Under the pieces are notes generated by a model that ran no database searches, was not told the DNA's origin, and worked only from the letters and a program-made list of their open reading frames with translations. Position numbers and translations under genes: made by a program. This document shows positions 1 to 9,320 of a DNA stretch of 64,000 bases, piece after piece. Each line of letters begins with the position of its first letter. The stretch's first letter is position 1. The DNA is from Thermodesulfobacteriota bacterium (GTDB lineage Bacteria > Desulfobacterota_D > UBA1144 > Nemesobacterales > UBA2774), in NCBI GenBank assembly GCA_965216785.1, contig OZ244197.1:2592001-2656000 (forward strand), given 5' to 3'.

Positions 1-431
1 GATCAATACTCAAAACAGATCAAGATTTTGCGGTATTCGTTGCGAGAATAGTAATCGGTTTTGTCATGCTCCCGCACGGACTTCAGAAGCTTCTAGGTAT
101 GTTCGGCGGTGCCGGTTTTGCTGGAACTGTGGACTTCTTCGTAGGAAGCGGCATACCTTACATTGTAGCGGTATTGATAATACTCGGCGAGTCTTTAGGG
201 GCCATAGGTCTAATTCTCGGATTCCTAAGCCGTTTATGCGCCGCGGGGATCGCTATAATCATGCTCGGCGCGATCTTTATGGTTCACTTGCAGAACGGTT
301 TCTTTATGAACTGGTTCGGCAGTAACACAGGCGAGGGTTACGAATACCACATACTAGCCGTAGGTCTTGCTCTAGTAGTGTTAATCAAGGGCGGCGGCAA
401 ATGGTCCATAGACGGCGCGATCAGCGGATAG
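1..431 (+). CDS. DoxX family membrane protein (5' partial)
   Basis: Frame is open from the window edge (SILKTDQDFAVFVARIVIGFVMLPHGLQKL). HGxQK and GxEY motifs, GGGKWSID C-terminus, about 4 TM helices. Confidence 0.9.
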   Translation, partial: SILKTDQDFAVFVARIVIGFVMLPHGLQKLLGMFGGAGFAGTVDFFVGSGIPYIVAVLIILGESLGAIGLILGFLSRLCAAGIAIIMLGAIFMVHLQNGFFMNWFGSNTGEGYEYHILAVGLALVVLIKGGGKWSIDGAISG

Positions 432-491
432 GTATAAAGTAATTTCGCTCCGCCATGAATCATATGCCCCTATTTCCGATCTAATATAGCG

Positions 492-1208
492 ATGAATAAA
501 AATAAGGTTGTAGCCGTAGTAGGCGCAGGGCCCGGTCTCGGAGCTTCGGTAGCCCAGAGATTCGCGAAAGAGGGTTATACTATCGCCCTTATCGCACGAA
601 CTCAAAGTAAACTCGAAGAAATACAAAAAAGTATAGAAGCCCTTGGTCAAAGGGCCCTCCCCGTTTCAGCCGATGTAACCAGTGAATCAGATTTAGAGAG
701 CGCTTTCAATCAAATCACCGAAGACGGTGGAAACATAGAAGCCCTCATTTACAACGCAGGTGATTTTAAAATGCAAAGCGTCCTTGATATCGACCCTGAG
801 GGTTTTAAGCGCTCATGGGAAATTAACTGTATGGGAGCTTTTCTAAGCTCAAAGCTTGTCCTCCCCTCAATGATCGAGAATAAAAGAGGTACTATCATTT
901 TCACAGGCGCGACCGCGTCCAAACGAGGCAGCTCGATGTTTTCACGCCTCGCCGTAGGGAAATTCGGCCTCAGAGCACTGGCCCAGAGCATGGCAAGAGA
1001 GTTCGGACCCAAAGGGGTACACATAGCACATGTCGTTATAGACGGTATAATAGCCACCCCGTTTTATATCGAGAACCAACCCGACCGAGATCCCCAAACC
1101 CTCCTCTCTCCCGATTCTATTGCAGAGCAGTACTTACAGCTCCATATACAGGACAGAACTTCCTGGACCCTTGAGCTTGACTTAAGACCTTCGGCAGAAA
1201 AATTCTAG
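492..1208 (+). CDS. SDR family NAD(P)-dependent oxidoreductase
   Basis: VGAGPGLG Rossmann motif, YNAG, TGATAS, KFGLRALAQSMARE, HVVIDG. Confidence 0.92.
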   Translation: MNKNKVVAVVGAGPGLGASVAQRFAKEGYTIALIARTQSKLEEIQKSIEALGQRALPVSADVTSESDLESAFNQITEDGGNIEALIYNAGDFKMQSVLDIDPEGFKRSWEINCMGAFLSSKLVLPSMIENKRGTIIFTGATASKRGSSMFSRLAVGKFGLRALAQSMAREFGPKGVHIAHVVIDGIIATPFYIENQPDRDPQTLLSPDSIAEQYLQLHIQDRTSWTLELDLRPSAEKF

Positions 1209-1382
1209 CCTCACCCTTTCGATTCACGCTTGTCAGCATCCAGTCTTTATTAGAACAAACTGCGATATTGGCATTGTATCCGTCCTCTTAGATTCTCATA
1301 ATGCTCCACATTAGTTATAATACACATAATATGCTGGTTGGTTAGGCATTGCGGTTAAATCTGAATTCCAAGGATAATTCAA

Positions 1383-2552
1383 ATGATTGAAAAAGAGCGC
1401 ATGACAGAGCATGTAATGGACATTATTAGGATCGACAGCCTGTCAAAACAGGAAAAAGAAGTAGCTCTTAAGCTTGAAGCGGACATGACTTCACTCGGAG
1501 CAGAGTGCTATTTTGATGATGCAGGCGAGAAAGTAAACGGCAACGTAGGCAACCTGATAGTCCGCGTTCCCGGCAGCAAAAAGGACGCAGCCCCCTTTCT
1601 CCTCTCAGCGCATATGGATACCGTCGGACCCGGTGAGGGTATTTCACCCAGGGTAGAGGACGGAATCATGAAGAGCGACGGTACCACCATTCTCGGGAGT
1701 GACGACAAGAGCGGTGTTTCTGTCATCACAGAGGTCATTAGGACTCTAAAGGAAAAAGAGATTCCACATGGAGATATAGAGATCGCCTTTACCATTTGCG
1801 AGGAGATCGGGCTTTTAGGTGCAAAGAACATAGAGATATCAAAATTCAGCGCGAGGCGGGGAATCGTTCTTGACAGCAGCACCCCTTCGCGGCTTGTTCT
1901 CAAGTGCCCTTCCGCGGATAAGCTGGAGTTCAGAGTTCACGGCCTTGAGGCTCATGCGGGTCTTTGTCCCGAGAACGGCATAAGCGCTATAGAAATCGCG
2001 AGCGAAGCCATAGCCAACATGAGGCTCGGGAGAATAGACGAGTTCACCACTGCCAATATTGGCATCGTACAAGGAGGCCGCGCTACTAATATTGTTCCAA
2101 ACCTCGTCAGGGTAGTCGGAGAGGCCAGAAGCCATAATGAAGAAACTCTCAAAAACCAGGTTGATCATATGAGAAAGTGCTTCCACGACGCCGTAGCTGA
2201 GCGCCAGGTCACTATAGAAGACGACCTGAGCGTCGAGGGGCAGACCTTTACGGCAAAGCTGGAGGAGTATATTGAAAGAAGCTACGACAAAATGGAAGTT
2301 GGGGCGGATTCAATAACGGCAAGCCTTGTAGACCGGGCTGTAGCAAACCTCGGTCATAACATCGTTCACCACACAAGCGGAGGCGGTTGCGACGCTAACT
2401 ATTTTAACAAGATGGGAATCGAATGCGTAAACCTGGGCACTGGCATGTATGAGCTTCACACGGTAAACGAATACCTCGTTCTTGAAGAGTTTTACCGCTG
2501 CGCCGAGATTGTACTCGAGTCAATCAAGCTCAACGCACAAAACTCCCAGTAA
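1383..2552 (+). CDS. M20 family metallopeptidase (peptidase T-like)
   Basis: AHMDTV, GSDDKSG, CEEIG, AHAG, GGGCDAN and LHTVNE metal-binding motifs. Confidence 0.92.
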   Translation: MIEKERMTEHVMDIIRIDSLSKQEKEVALKLEADMTSLGAECYFDDAGEKVNGNVGNLIVRVPGSKKDAAPFLLSAHMDTVGPGEGISPRVEDGIMKSDGTTILGSDDKSGVSVITEVIRTLKEKEIPHGDIEIAFTICEEIGLLGAKNIEISKFSARRGIVLDSSTPSRLVLKCPSADKLEFRVHGLEAHAGLCPENGISAIEIASEAIANMRLGRIDEFTTANIGIVQGGRATNIVPNLVRVVGEARSHNEETLKNQVDHMRKCFHDAVAERQVTIEDDLSVEGQTFTAKLEEYIERSYDKMEVGADSITASLVDRAVANLGHNIVHHTSGGGCDANYFNKMGIECVNLGTGMYELHTVNEYLVLEEFYRCAEIVLESIKLNAQNSQ

Positions 2553-2623
2553 CCTTTACTACTTAATATTGCCCGGACTGTTTATACCCAAAGGTGAAGC
2601 CTGATCGGCAGCAGGATTATTAA

Positions 2624-3004
2624 ATGAAAAAAAGAGCGTTAATACTCGTAGATCACGGAAGCACCGTTGCCGAGGCAAATGAACTGCTCCAAAAAATCTC
2701 TGAGCGTATTAGGCAAACCCCTGGCTCGGGTTTCGACATTGTAACTCACTGCCATATGGAGCTTGCAGAGCCTACAATCTTACAGGCATTTGAAGAGTGT
2801 GTTTCCATGGGCGCCGAGGAAGTGGTAATTCATCCCTATTTTCTAGCCCCTGGAAAACATTCTACCCAGGATATACCGAGAATGGTCGGCGATGCCGCGG
2901 CTTCTCACCCAGGTGTCTCTTACAGCGTTTCCGAGCCGCTTGGGTTTCACGACAAAATTATTGAGGTTATTCTTGAAAGAGCGCGCGGCGCTGGCCTAGA
3001 TTAA
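2624..3004 (+). CDS. Short CbiX/SirB-type sirohydrochlorin chelatase
   Basis: LVDHGS, MELAEP, PYFLAPGKH and EPLG motifs; single 126-aa domain. Confidence 0.88.
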   Translation: MKKRALILVDHGSTVAEANELLQKISERIRQTPGSGFDIVTHCHMELAEPTILQAFEECVSMGAEEVVIHPYFLAPGKHSTQDIPRMVGDAAASHPGVSYSVSEPLGFHDKIIEVILERARGAGLD

Positions 3005-3062
3005 ACATAGCGCTCCTGAACACGCCGGTCATGACGGGCTGCTCACATTTGGAATAATTAAT

Positions 3063-3809
3063 ATGAAAAAATATACCACTCTCATATTCGATTTGTTCGA
3101 TACCATACTAGATTTCAACTTTAAACAGCTCCCTTACATAGATAAGAACGGAGTGAGATCGAGAACAACAAGCAAAGAAGTTTTCGCAGTGTTCAGCAAG
3201 TACTATCCGGACATAGCATTCGATGATTTCTATCCACATTTTATAGAGAGCTACCACGCTTTCCTTGAGATCAAGAAAAAAGAATTCAGAGAGTACCCGA
3301 ATAGAGAAAGATTTAAGATTATGCTTGATAGTATGGATATTACTCCTGATCAGGATACCTGCAGACTTGAGGATGAAATGGTCAAGGCCCACATGAAGGG
3401 ACTCGCTAGCTGCGTTGAATATCCACAGGCAAATAAAGAGACGCTCTTACTCGCAAAAGCGAAAGGCTACCGTATGGCCATCGTGTCCAATTTCGATTAC
3501 GCTCCCACCGCTCGAATGCTGATAGATAAATTCGGTATCGGAGAGCTCTTTGAGTCCATTATCATCTCTGAAGAAGTGGGCTGGAGGAAACCAAAAGATA
3601 TAATTTTCAAGAAATCGCTTTCAGAGCTTAATATTGACCCGGGTGAAGCTCTATTTATCGGAGATAATTTTGGAGCCGACATTCAAGGCTCAAAGGGTGT
3701 CGGGATAGACGGCGTTTGGATAAATAGGAACCGTGAGTCCGAAAAGAACCTGGCTCCCGAGCCCGTGTATATAATCAAAGCGCTTCCCGAGATTTGTACT
3801 TTCATATAA
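3063..3809 (+). CDS. HAD-superfamily hydrolase
   Basis: FDLFDT motif I, VSN motif II, RKP, FIGDNFGADIQG. Confidence 0.92.
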   Translation: MKKYTTLIFDLFDTILDFNFKQLPYIDKNGVRSRTTSKEVFAVFSKYYPDIAFDDFYPHFIESYHAFLEIKKKEFREYPNRERFKIMLDSMDITPDQDTCRLEDEMVKAHMKGLASCVEYPQANKETLLLAKAKGYRMAIVSNFDYAPTARMLIDKFGIGELFESIIISEEVGWRKPKDIIFKKSLSELNIDPGEALFIGDNFGADIQGSKGVGIDGVWINRNRESEKNLAPEPVYIIKALPEICTFI

Positions 3810-3881
3810 TTAGCGGCCCCTCTATAATTGAATAGCCGCCTGAAAGAATTAAAATAGATATGTTGTGAGACATATCGCGAA

Positions 3882-5567
3882 ATGAAAAAGCATACAAAGC
3901 CAGCAAGAAAAATCCCTATAGTTAATGAGAATCCGGGCTTCCGCACACTACCCGACCTGATAGAGTCAAGCGCAAGTAAGTATGCGCCTAACCTATGCTA
4001 TCTTATTCCCAGAAACGGCGGTATTTATGAGCTAACTTACGCTGAGGTTATTGAGCGCGTCAAAAAACTGGCCGCCCACTTAAAAGACCTTGGACTTGGT
4101 AAGGGAGACCATATTGCGGTTTTGGGAGAGAATAAACCCGAATGGGGTATTTCGTTCTTCGCCGTATCCTGGATCGGCGCGGTCGCGGTACCTCTTGACG
4201 CAAGGGCAAATATACATAACCACAAATTCATTCTGTCCTTTTCCTCAACCAAAGCAATACTTGCCTCAGATAATTTCCTAGAATCAATTGATTCGGCAGC
4301 TCAGGAGCTAACTGAGCTAACACACGTAATTCCCATGGATGATATCGAGGAAATTTGCTCAAATTATGACTCGGGTGCGCAAAGAGAAAATATCGACCCT
4401 GAGGACTTTCTGGAAATAATTTTCACTTCCGGATCTACGGGAGACCCTAAAGGAGTCACGCTAAGCCACAGGAACGTCATGTCCAACGTCTCGGATATTT
4501 ATTCGATTATGGACTACTCTGAAAAGGACAGGGCTTTTTCTATTCTCCCGATACACCACTCCTACGAATGTATTGGAGGGCTGATTTCTCCTTTTTCTTT
4601 CGGCACCAGCGTTTTCTATGCAAGGAGCTTAAAACCAAGAGAGTTATTGGAAGACCTGAAAATCGCAAAGCCCACAATATGGCTTAACGCACCGACCATA
4701 CTCGAAAGGCTCCATTCAAAGATCGAAAAAGAGCTGTCGGACCAAAAAGGTATGAGAAGACTTATGACAAAAGCACTTCCGAAAAAAATATTAGGCAGGA
4801 TGATCAAGCGGAATCTCGGCCTTGAGCACACTAAGCTCATAACCTCCTCTGGGGCGCCTCTGTCAGAGCGGGTATCGACGGGATTAAGGCGCTACGGCTT
4901 TAATATCATAGAGGCATACGGGCTTACGGAAGCCTCACCCCTTATTACAGTGAACCCTGTTTCAAAACCTAAGCCCAGGAGTATCGGTATGGTCATTCCC
5001 AGTGTTGATGTGGAAATACGAGACACCGACAGCGAGGGTAACGGCGAGATATGCGCTCTTGGGCCAAACATAATGATAGGCTATTACAAAAACGAGCTAA
5101 CAACCCGCGAGACCGTAACTGAGGACGGATGGCTCCTTACGGGCGATATCGGTTATTTTGATGATGAGGGATATCTATACATTACCGGCAGAAAAAAATT
5201 TGTTATCGTGACAAAGGGTGGAAAGAACATACACCCCGAAGAGCTTGAAGAAAAATTAACAGCTTCGGCGCTCATAGCGGAAGCCCTGGTATTCAGCCCC
5301 GATGACTCGGCTATACAGGCTCTTCTTTACCCTGATGAAGCCGAGGTGAAGAAACTTCTCGGAGCCAAGGGATTAGAGCATTCAGCAGAAGAGTTGTGGG
5401 AAATATTAAACAAGGAAGTAAGAGAGATAAACCTCACTCTTGAAACCTATAAGAGAATAAGACACTTCGCGCTAAGGCTTGAGGAGTTCCCCAAAACCAC
5501 TACTAATAAGCTGAAGCGTTTAGAATTTAAAGACCTGAGCCTCACCCCGGATACTAAATTTTTATAG
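3882..5567 (+). CDS. Long-chain acyl-CoA synthetase (AMP-binding)
   Basis: FTSGSTGDPKG, YGLTE, TGDIG and GRKK adenylation motifs. Confidence 0.92.
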   Translation: MKKHTKPARKIPIVNENPGFRTLPDLIESSASKYAPNLCYLIPRNGGIYELTYAEVIERVKKLAAHLKDLGLGKGDHIAVLGENKPEWGISFFAVSWIGAVAVPLDARANIHNHKFILSFSSTKAILASDNFLESIDSAAQELTELTHVIPMDDIEEICSNYDSGAQRENIDPEDFLEIIFTSGSTGDPKGVTLSHRNVMSNVSDIYSIMDYSEKDRAFSILPIHHSYECIGGLISPFSFGTSVFYARSLKPRELLEDLKIAKPTIWLNAPTILERLHSKIEKELSDQKGMRRLMTKALPKKILGRMIKRNLGLEHTKLITSSGAPLSERVSTGLRRYGFNIIEAYGLTEASPLITVNPVSKPKPRSIGMVIPSVDVEIRDTDSEGNGEICALGPNIMIGYYKNELTTRETVTEDGWLLTGDIGYFDDEGYLYITGRKKFVIVTKGGKNIHPEELEEKLTASALIAEALVFSPDDSAIQALLYPDEAEVKKLLGAKGLEHSAEELWEILNKEVREINLTLETYKRIRHFALRLEEFPKTTTNKLKRLEFKDLSLTPDTKFL

Positions 5568-5786
5568 AAATATCAGGCAACCTAATTTCATGCCAGTTCA
5601 TCAAATTAATATAGCCTTTATTATCAATAAGTATTATAATTTTAGGGAAGGTGGATGGGCTGCTGAAAAATTTTTCATTTTCATTTATACTAAAATCGGT
5701 AGCCGAGTAATTTGAGAGAGAGAGAGAAAATGGGTCCTTCAGTAGAGTTAACTCTCTTAGCTTGGGTCCTGAGAAATAAAAGAGAA

Positions 5787-7604
5787 ATGATTAGAGAGCT
5801 CATGTTTTTAAGAACTATATCAACATTAGCGCTTGTAGCTATATTATCTGCGACTATTGGCTGTGTTGCCAACCAGGCAGAAGTAATACCCGATCCGGCT
5901 ATAGCCCCACAAGCCCCTAAAGCTGTGAACTCACCTACAGAGATAAGCCATAATATAAGCAAGAGAATTCAGGGCTCTCAATATTCCTCCAATTTGCTCG
6001 TGTCCGGAGAGAGTATAAAAGCAAGTAAATCTCTTCCCGCTATTTATCAAAGCAGGAGTTACAGCCCCATATGGACGGGTGCTGAGGGTCCTTTGCCTCA
6101 GGCTTATGAAATGATAGAGGTAATTAAAGAGAGCCCGGGTGAAGCGCTCGACCCAAGCGACTATAACTTGAGCCAGATAGAACAGGTGCTAAGCAAAGAC
6201 ACAAACCCCGAAACTATGGCGGAGCTTGACCTCCTTCTTACAAACGCCTATTTAAATTACGGCCACGATATGCTTTACGGCCGTGTAAGACCAGAGCAGA
6301 TTAACCTTGAGCTCATGTTCGGCGAGACCCCGGTTTCGCTAAACGAGCTTCTAATTAAATCCTCTGAAGAAAACAATATACGCGGGTCTTTGGTTGGCCT
6401 TGCGCCGGCTTACCCGGTATATGCAAAGCTCAGGGACGCGCTTTCCGGTTACAGAGATTTAGCCTCAAACGGAGGCTGGCCCACGGTACCCGGTACAGCC
6501 AAGTTCCAAAAAGGAGCGCGGGGCCCCAGGGTTTCAGCGCTTAGAGAGCGCTTAAAAGTCACAGGGGAGCTCAGTCCTTCCTCAGCCGACAGCGATGTAT
6601 TCGACGAAGAGCTGCACCAGGCTGTCTTAAGGTTCCAGGAAAGAAACGGACTCTATGTAGACGGCGTGGTCGGCAAATCGACAATTGAATACTTAAACGT
6701 ACCGGCCAGCACACGGGTAAGACAAATAGAGCTTACGATGGAGCGCTTTCGTATACTCCCAAGGAACATGGGCAGCCGCTTCATACTCGTAAACATAGCA
6801 AACTATCATCTTTACGGAGTATCCAACAACCGAGACAATACAACCATGCGTATCGTAGTCGGGAAACCCGAGTGGAATACCCCGATATTCAGCGAGCAGA
6901 TGACGCATATGGTTATAAACCCGTACTGGAACATCCCGCCAAGCATTTTTAGAGACGATATAGCCCCCAGGGTAAGAACGGATCCTAACTATATGTCGGA
7001 CAGAAACATCCAGGCCGTAGGGCTTGAGATGCCTGTAATTGAAGAAGAAGTAAGCGCTCCTGCGGAGGAGACGCTTGAAGTTGCCGAAACTTCCGAAGGG
7101 CAAAAAGCCGCAGAGAGCGAGCAGGCTGAGCCTGCCGAGCACCCGGCCCATGCCGAGTACCGATCTAAAGTTTTAAGCGGGAATTACAGGCTCCGCCAGA
7201 AACCGGGCCCCAGAAACCCGCTTGGAAGAGTTAAATTCCTCTTTCCCAATAAACACTCTGTTTATCTCCACGACACGCCCAACAGAGGGTACTTCAAAAG
7301 AGCGCAGAGAAACTTCTCCCACGGCTGCATACGCGTAGAGAAACCCATAGACCTTGCTGATTTTGTTTTATACACTGATCCTGATTGGAGCGGACAGAGA
7401 GTGCAGTCTGCAATCTATAGCGGTAGGACAAGGACAGTCCACCTGCCTGAGCCGCTGCCGGTGTATATCCTGTATTTTACGGCTTGGGCAAACAAAGACG
7501 GCTCCGTAAGCTTCCACAAAGACATTTACGGTCTCGACTCAACCCTAGCGAACGCGTTAAACTCAAAGACGCCGTATACGGAACAGGCTACCAACATTCA
7601 CTAA
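5787..7604 (+). CDS. L,D-transpeptidase, YcbB/LdtD-like (scaffold, PG-binding and YkuD domains)
   Basis: FQERNGLYVDGVVG PG-binding motif, NPYWNIP, YLHDTP, SHGCIRV catalytic His/Cys; lipobox-like TIGC. Start is probably ATG 5787 or 5802 rather than the ORF-track 5712. Confidence 0.92.
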   Translation: MIRELMFLRTISTLALVAILSATIGCVANQAEVIPDPAIAPQAPKAVNSPTEISHNISKRIQGSQYSSNLLVSGESIKASKSLPAIYQSRSYSPIWTGAEGPLPQAYEMIEVIKESPGEALDPSDYNLSQIEQVLSKDTNPETMAELDLLLTNAYLNYGHDMLYGRVRPEQINLELMFGETPVSLNELLIKSSEENNIRGSLVGLAPAYPVYAKLRDALSGYRDLASNGGWPTVPGTAKFQKGARGPRVSALRERLKVTGELSPSSADSDVFDEELHQAVLRFQERNGLYVDGVVGKSTIEYLNVPASTRVRQIELTMERFRILPRNMGSRFILVNIANYHLYGVSNNRDNTTMRIVVGKPEWNTPIFSEQMTHMVINPYWNIPPSIFRDDIAPRVRTDPNYMSDRNIQAVGLEMPVIEEEVSAPAEETLEVAETSEGQKAAESEQAEPAEHPAHAEYRSKVLSGNYRLRQKPGPRNPLGRVKFLFPNKHSVYLHDTPNRGYFKRAQRNFSHGCIRVEKPIDLADFVLYTDPDWSGQRVQSAIYSGRTRTVHLPEPLPVYILYFTAWANKDGSVSFHKDIYGLDSTLANALNSKTPYTEQATNIH

Positions 7605-7621
7605 GCTTGATTTTCTAAAGA

Positions 7622-7650
7622 GCTGCCTTTCCCTGTGGTTTACCGGCAGC
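7622..7650. terminator. Hairpin between convergent genes (possible terminator)
   Basis: GCTGCC...GGCAGC inverted repeat between the transpeptidase and MscS stop codons; weak U-tract. Confidence 0.35.
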
Positions 7651-7661
7651 CTTAAAACCCA

Positions 7662-8903
7662 TTACCCACATGTTAAGCTCTGAAAGTCAGCGCCCGTAGG
7701 GTTCTGAAAGACTCTTAGCTCAAACTCAGGAATTACAGCCATAATATGGTCGAATATGTCCGCCTGAATCGCCTCATAGTTTGCCCACACCTGGTCGTTT
7801 GAAAACACGTATATCTCTATAGGCATTCCGTTCGGCCCGGGCTCGAGTTGACGGATAAGAAAAGTGAGATTCTTATTTATTTTTGGGTGGTCTCTCAAAT
7901 ATGAGGTGAGGTAAGCCCTGAACGTCCCGATATTCGTAAGCCTGCGCCCGTTTACAAGCTCTGTGTCATCAATATTTTTATCCTTATTATATTCGGAAAG
8001 CTCCTTTCTTTTTTCCTCAATATAACCGCTTAAATGCTGAAATTTCTTGAACTTCTCCAGCATCTCTTCACTGCAGAACTTAACGCTCGACATGTCAATA
8101 TTTATAGAGCGCTTTATTCTCCTGCCCCCTGACTCAGACATCCCGCGCCAGTTCTTTACCCCGTCACTTACGAGCGCAAAAGTCGGAATCGTGCTGATAG
8201 TCTTGTCCCAATTCTGGATCTTAACTGTCGTGAGTGAGATATCTACCACGTCTCCGTCCGCCCCGTACTTCGGCATTTCTATCCAGTCCCCGATGCGCAC
8301 CATATTATTTGCCGAGAGCTGTATCCCCGCCGCAAACCCGAGTATCGGGTCTTTGAAGATAAGCATCAGCACCGCGGTCATCGCCCCGATACCACCTATG
8401 AAAAAAGCAGGCGATCTCCCTATGATGATAGAGAGAATAACTACGCCGATAACCAGATATACCAGTATCTTCACGACCTGGACCATGCTCTTTATGGGCA
8501 TTTTTTGCGATACGGAATAGCCGCGGTAAATATCTACAACTGAAGATAAAAATGCGTCGATAGTAAATACCGCTACCAAAAGCATATAAATCTGTGCTAT
8601 CTTGCGGGTCAATAGAACAGCCGACTCGTTATGGAACACTACTGGGGCCATAATGTAGATAACGATTGCGGGTGTAAAATGAGAAAGTCTTCTGAAAACA
8701 CCTCTTTCTACGAGTAAATCATCCCAGTGCGTAGCCGTTTTATTAGCGAAATGCTCGACCGATCTCAGTATAATTCTCTTCGCGAGAAAATTCGCGGCAT
8801 AGGCAAGCACAACTAGCCCAACGAGAGAGGAAATATCGAACAGCACCGGATACTCCGTGTTATAGGCGCCAAGCTCTTTAAAAAAGTTTGTTATCTGTTC
8901 CAT
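7662..8903 (-). CDS. MscS-family mechanosensitive channel (YbdG-like)
   Basis: FKDPILG, IGDWIEMPKYGADG, NWRGMSESGGRRIKRS, TNIGTFRAY. Start placed at MEQITNF. Confidence 0.93.
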   Translation of the reverse strand: MEQITNFFKELGAYNTEYPVLFDISSLVGLVVLAYAANFLAKRIILRSVEHFANKTATHWDDLLVERGVFRRLSHFTPAIVIYIMAPVVFHNESAVLLTRKIAQIYMLLVAVFTIDAFLSSVVDIYRGYSVSQKMPIKSMVQVVKILVYLVIGVVILSIIIGRSPAFFIGGIGAMTAVLMLIFKDPILGFAAGIQLSANNMVRIGDWIEMPKYGADGDVVDISLTTVKIQNWDKTISTIPTFALVSDGVKNWRGMSESGGRRIKRSINIDMSSVKFCSEEMLEKFKKFQHLSGYIEEKRKELSEYNKDKNIDDTELVNGRRLTNIGTFRAYLTSYLRDHPKINKNLTFLIRQLEPGPNGMPIEIYVFSNDQVWANYEAIQADIFDHIMAVIPEFELRVFQNPTGADFQSLTCG

Positions 8904-8959
8904 AAAATTAACTATAACCGTAAGAACATAATTTAGAGGGAGGATAGACAAAAATAAAT

Positions 8960-9166
8960 TTACTCTTTGTCAATAACCTCTGTATGATTTTTTATAAGCA
9001 CACCATGGATCTGGGCTTCCCTGCCGTCTTCAAACTTTACCAGATAGGCTTTGCCTACCATCTTTTCGACGCTACCTGTAATCTCGCCCCTGAGCCCGGG
9101 TTCAAACACCTGATCACCCAGCTCGATCCTGATCCCGACCTTTATTTTAGTGCCCTGTATATACAT
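8960..9166 (-). CDS. Small hypothetical protein (68 aa, possible SH3-like beta fold)
   Basis: ATG with upstream GGGAAG, fills the intergenic gap, protein-like composition (YLVKFEDG). Confidence 0.65.
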   Translation of the reverse strand: MYIQGTKIKVGIRIELGDQVFEPGLRGEITGSVEKMVGKAYLVKFEDGREAQIHGVLIKNHTEVIDKE

Positions 9167-9320
9167 ATTTCTTCCCTATATCCAGAAGTCTTATTGTAAT
9201 TTGCCGGAGTATAAATTATAAAATTTGGCAGAAGCAAAACTCTCAGGCGCTCTTTGTAATGAGTTGGGCAATACATCATCAGATGCTCAGAACTTTACAT
9301 TCAAGAGCCGTACCGACAGC

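Noticed and set aside
5684-5702. Fifth copy of the 17-bp box upstream of the L,D-transpeptidase
   Set aside because: Only the CCGATTTT core matches, and it is oriented away from the gene.
5714-5727. (GA)n tract as a phase-variation switch
   Set aside because: The tract is short (about 7 units) and lies upstream of the likely start codon (5787 or 5802), so it would not shift the frame.
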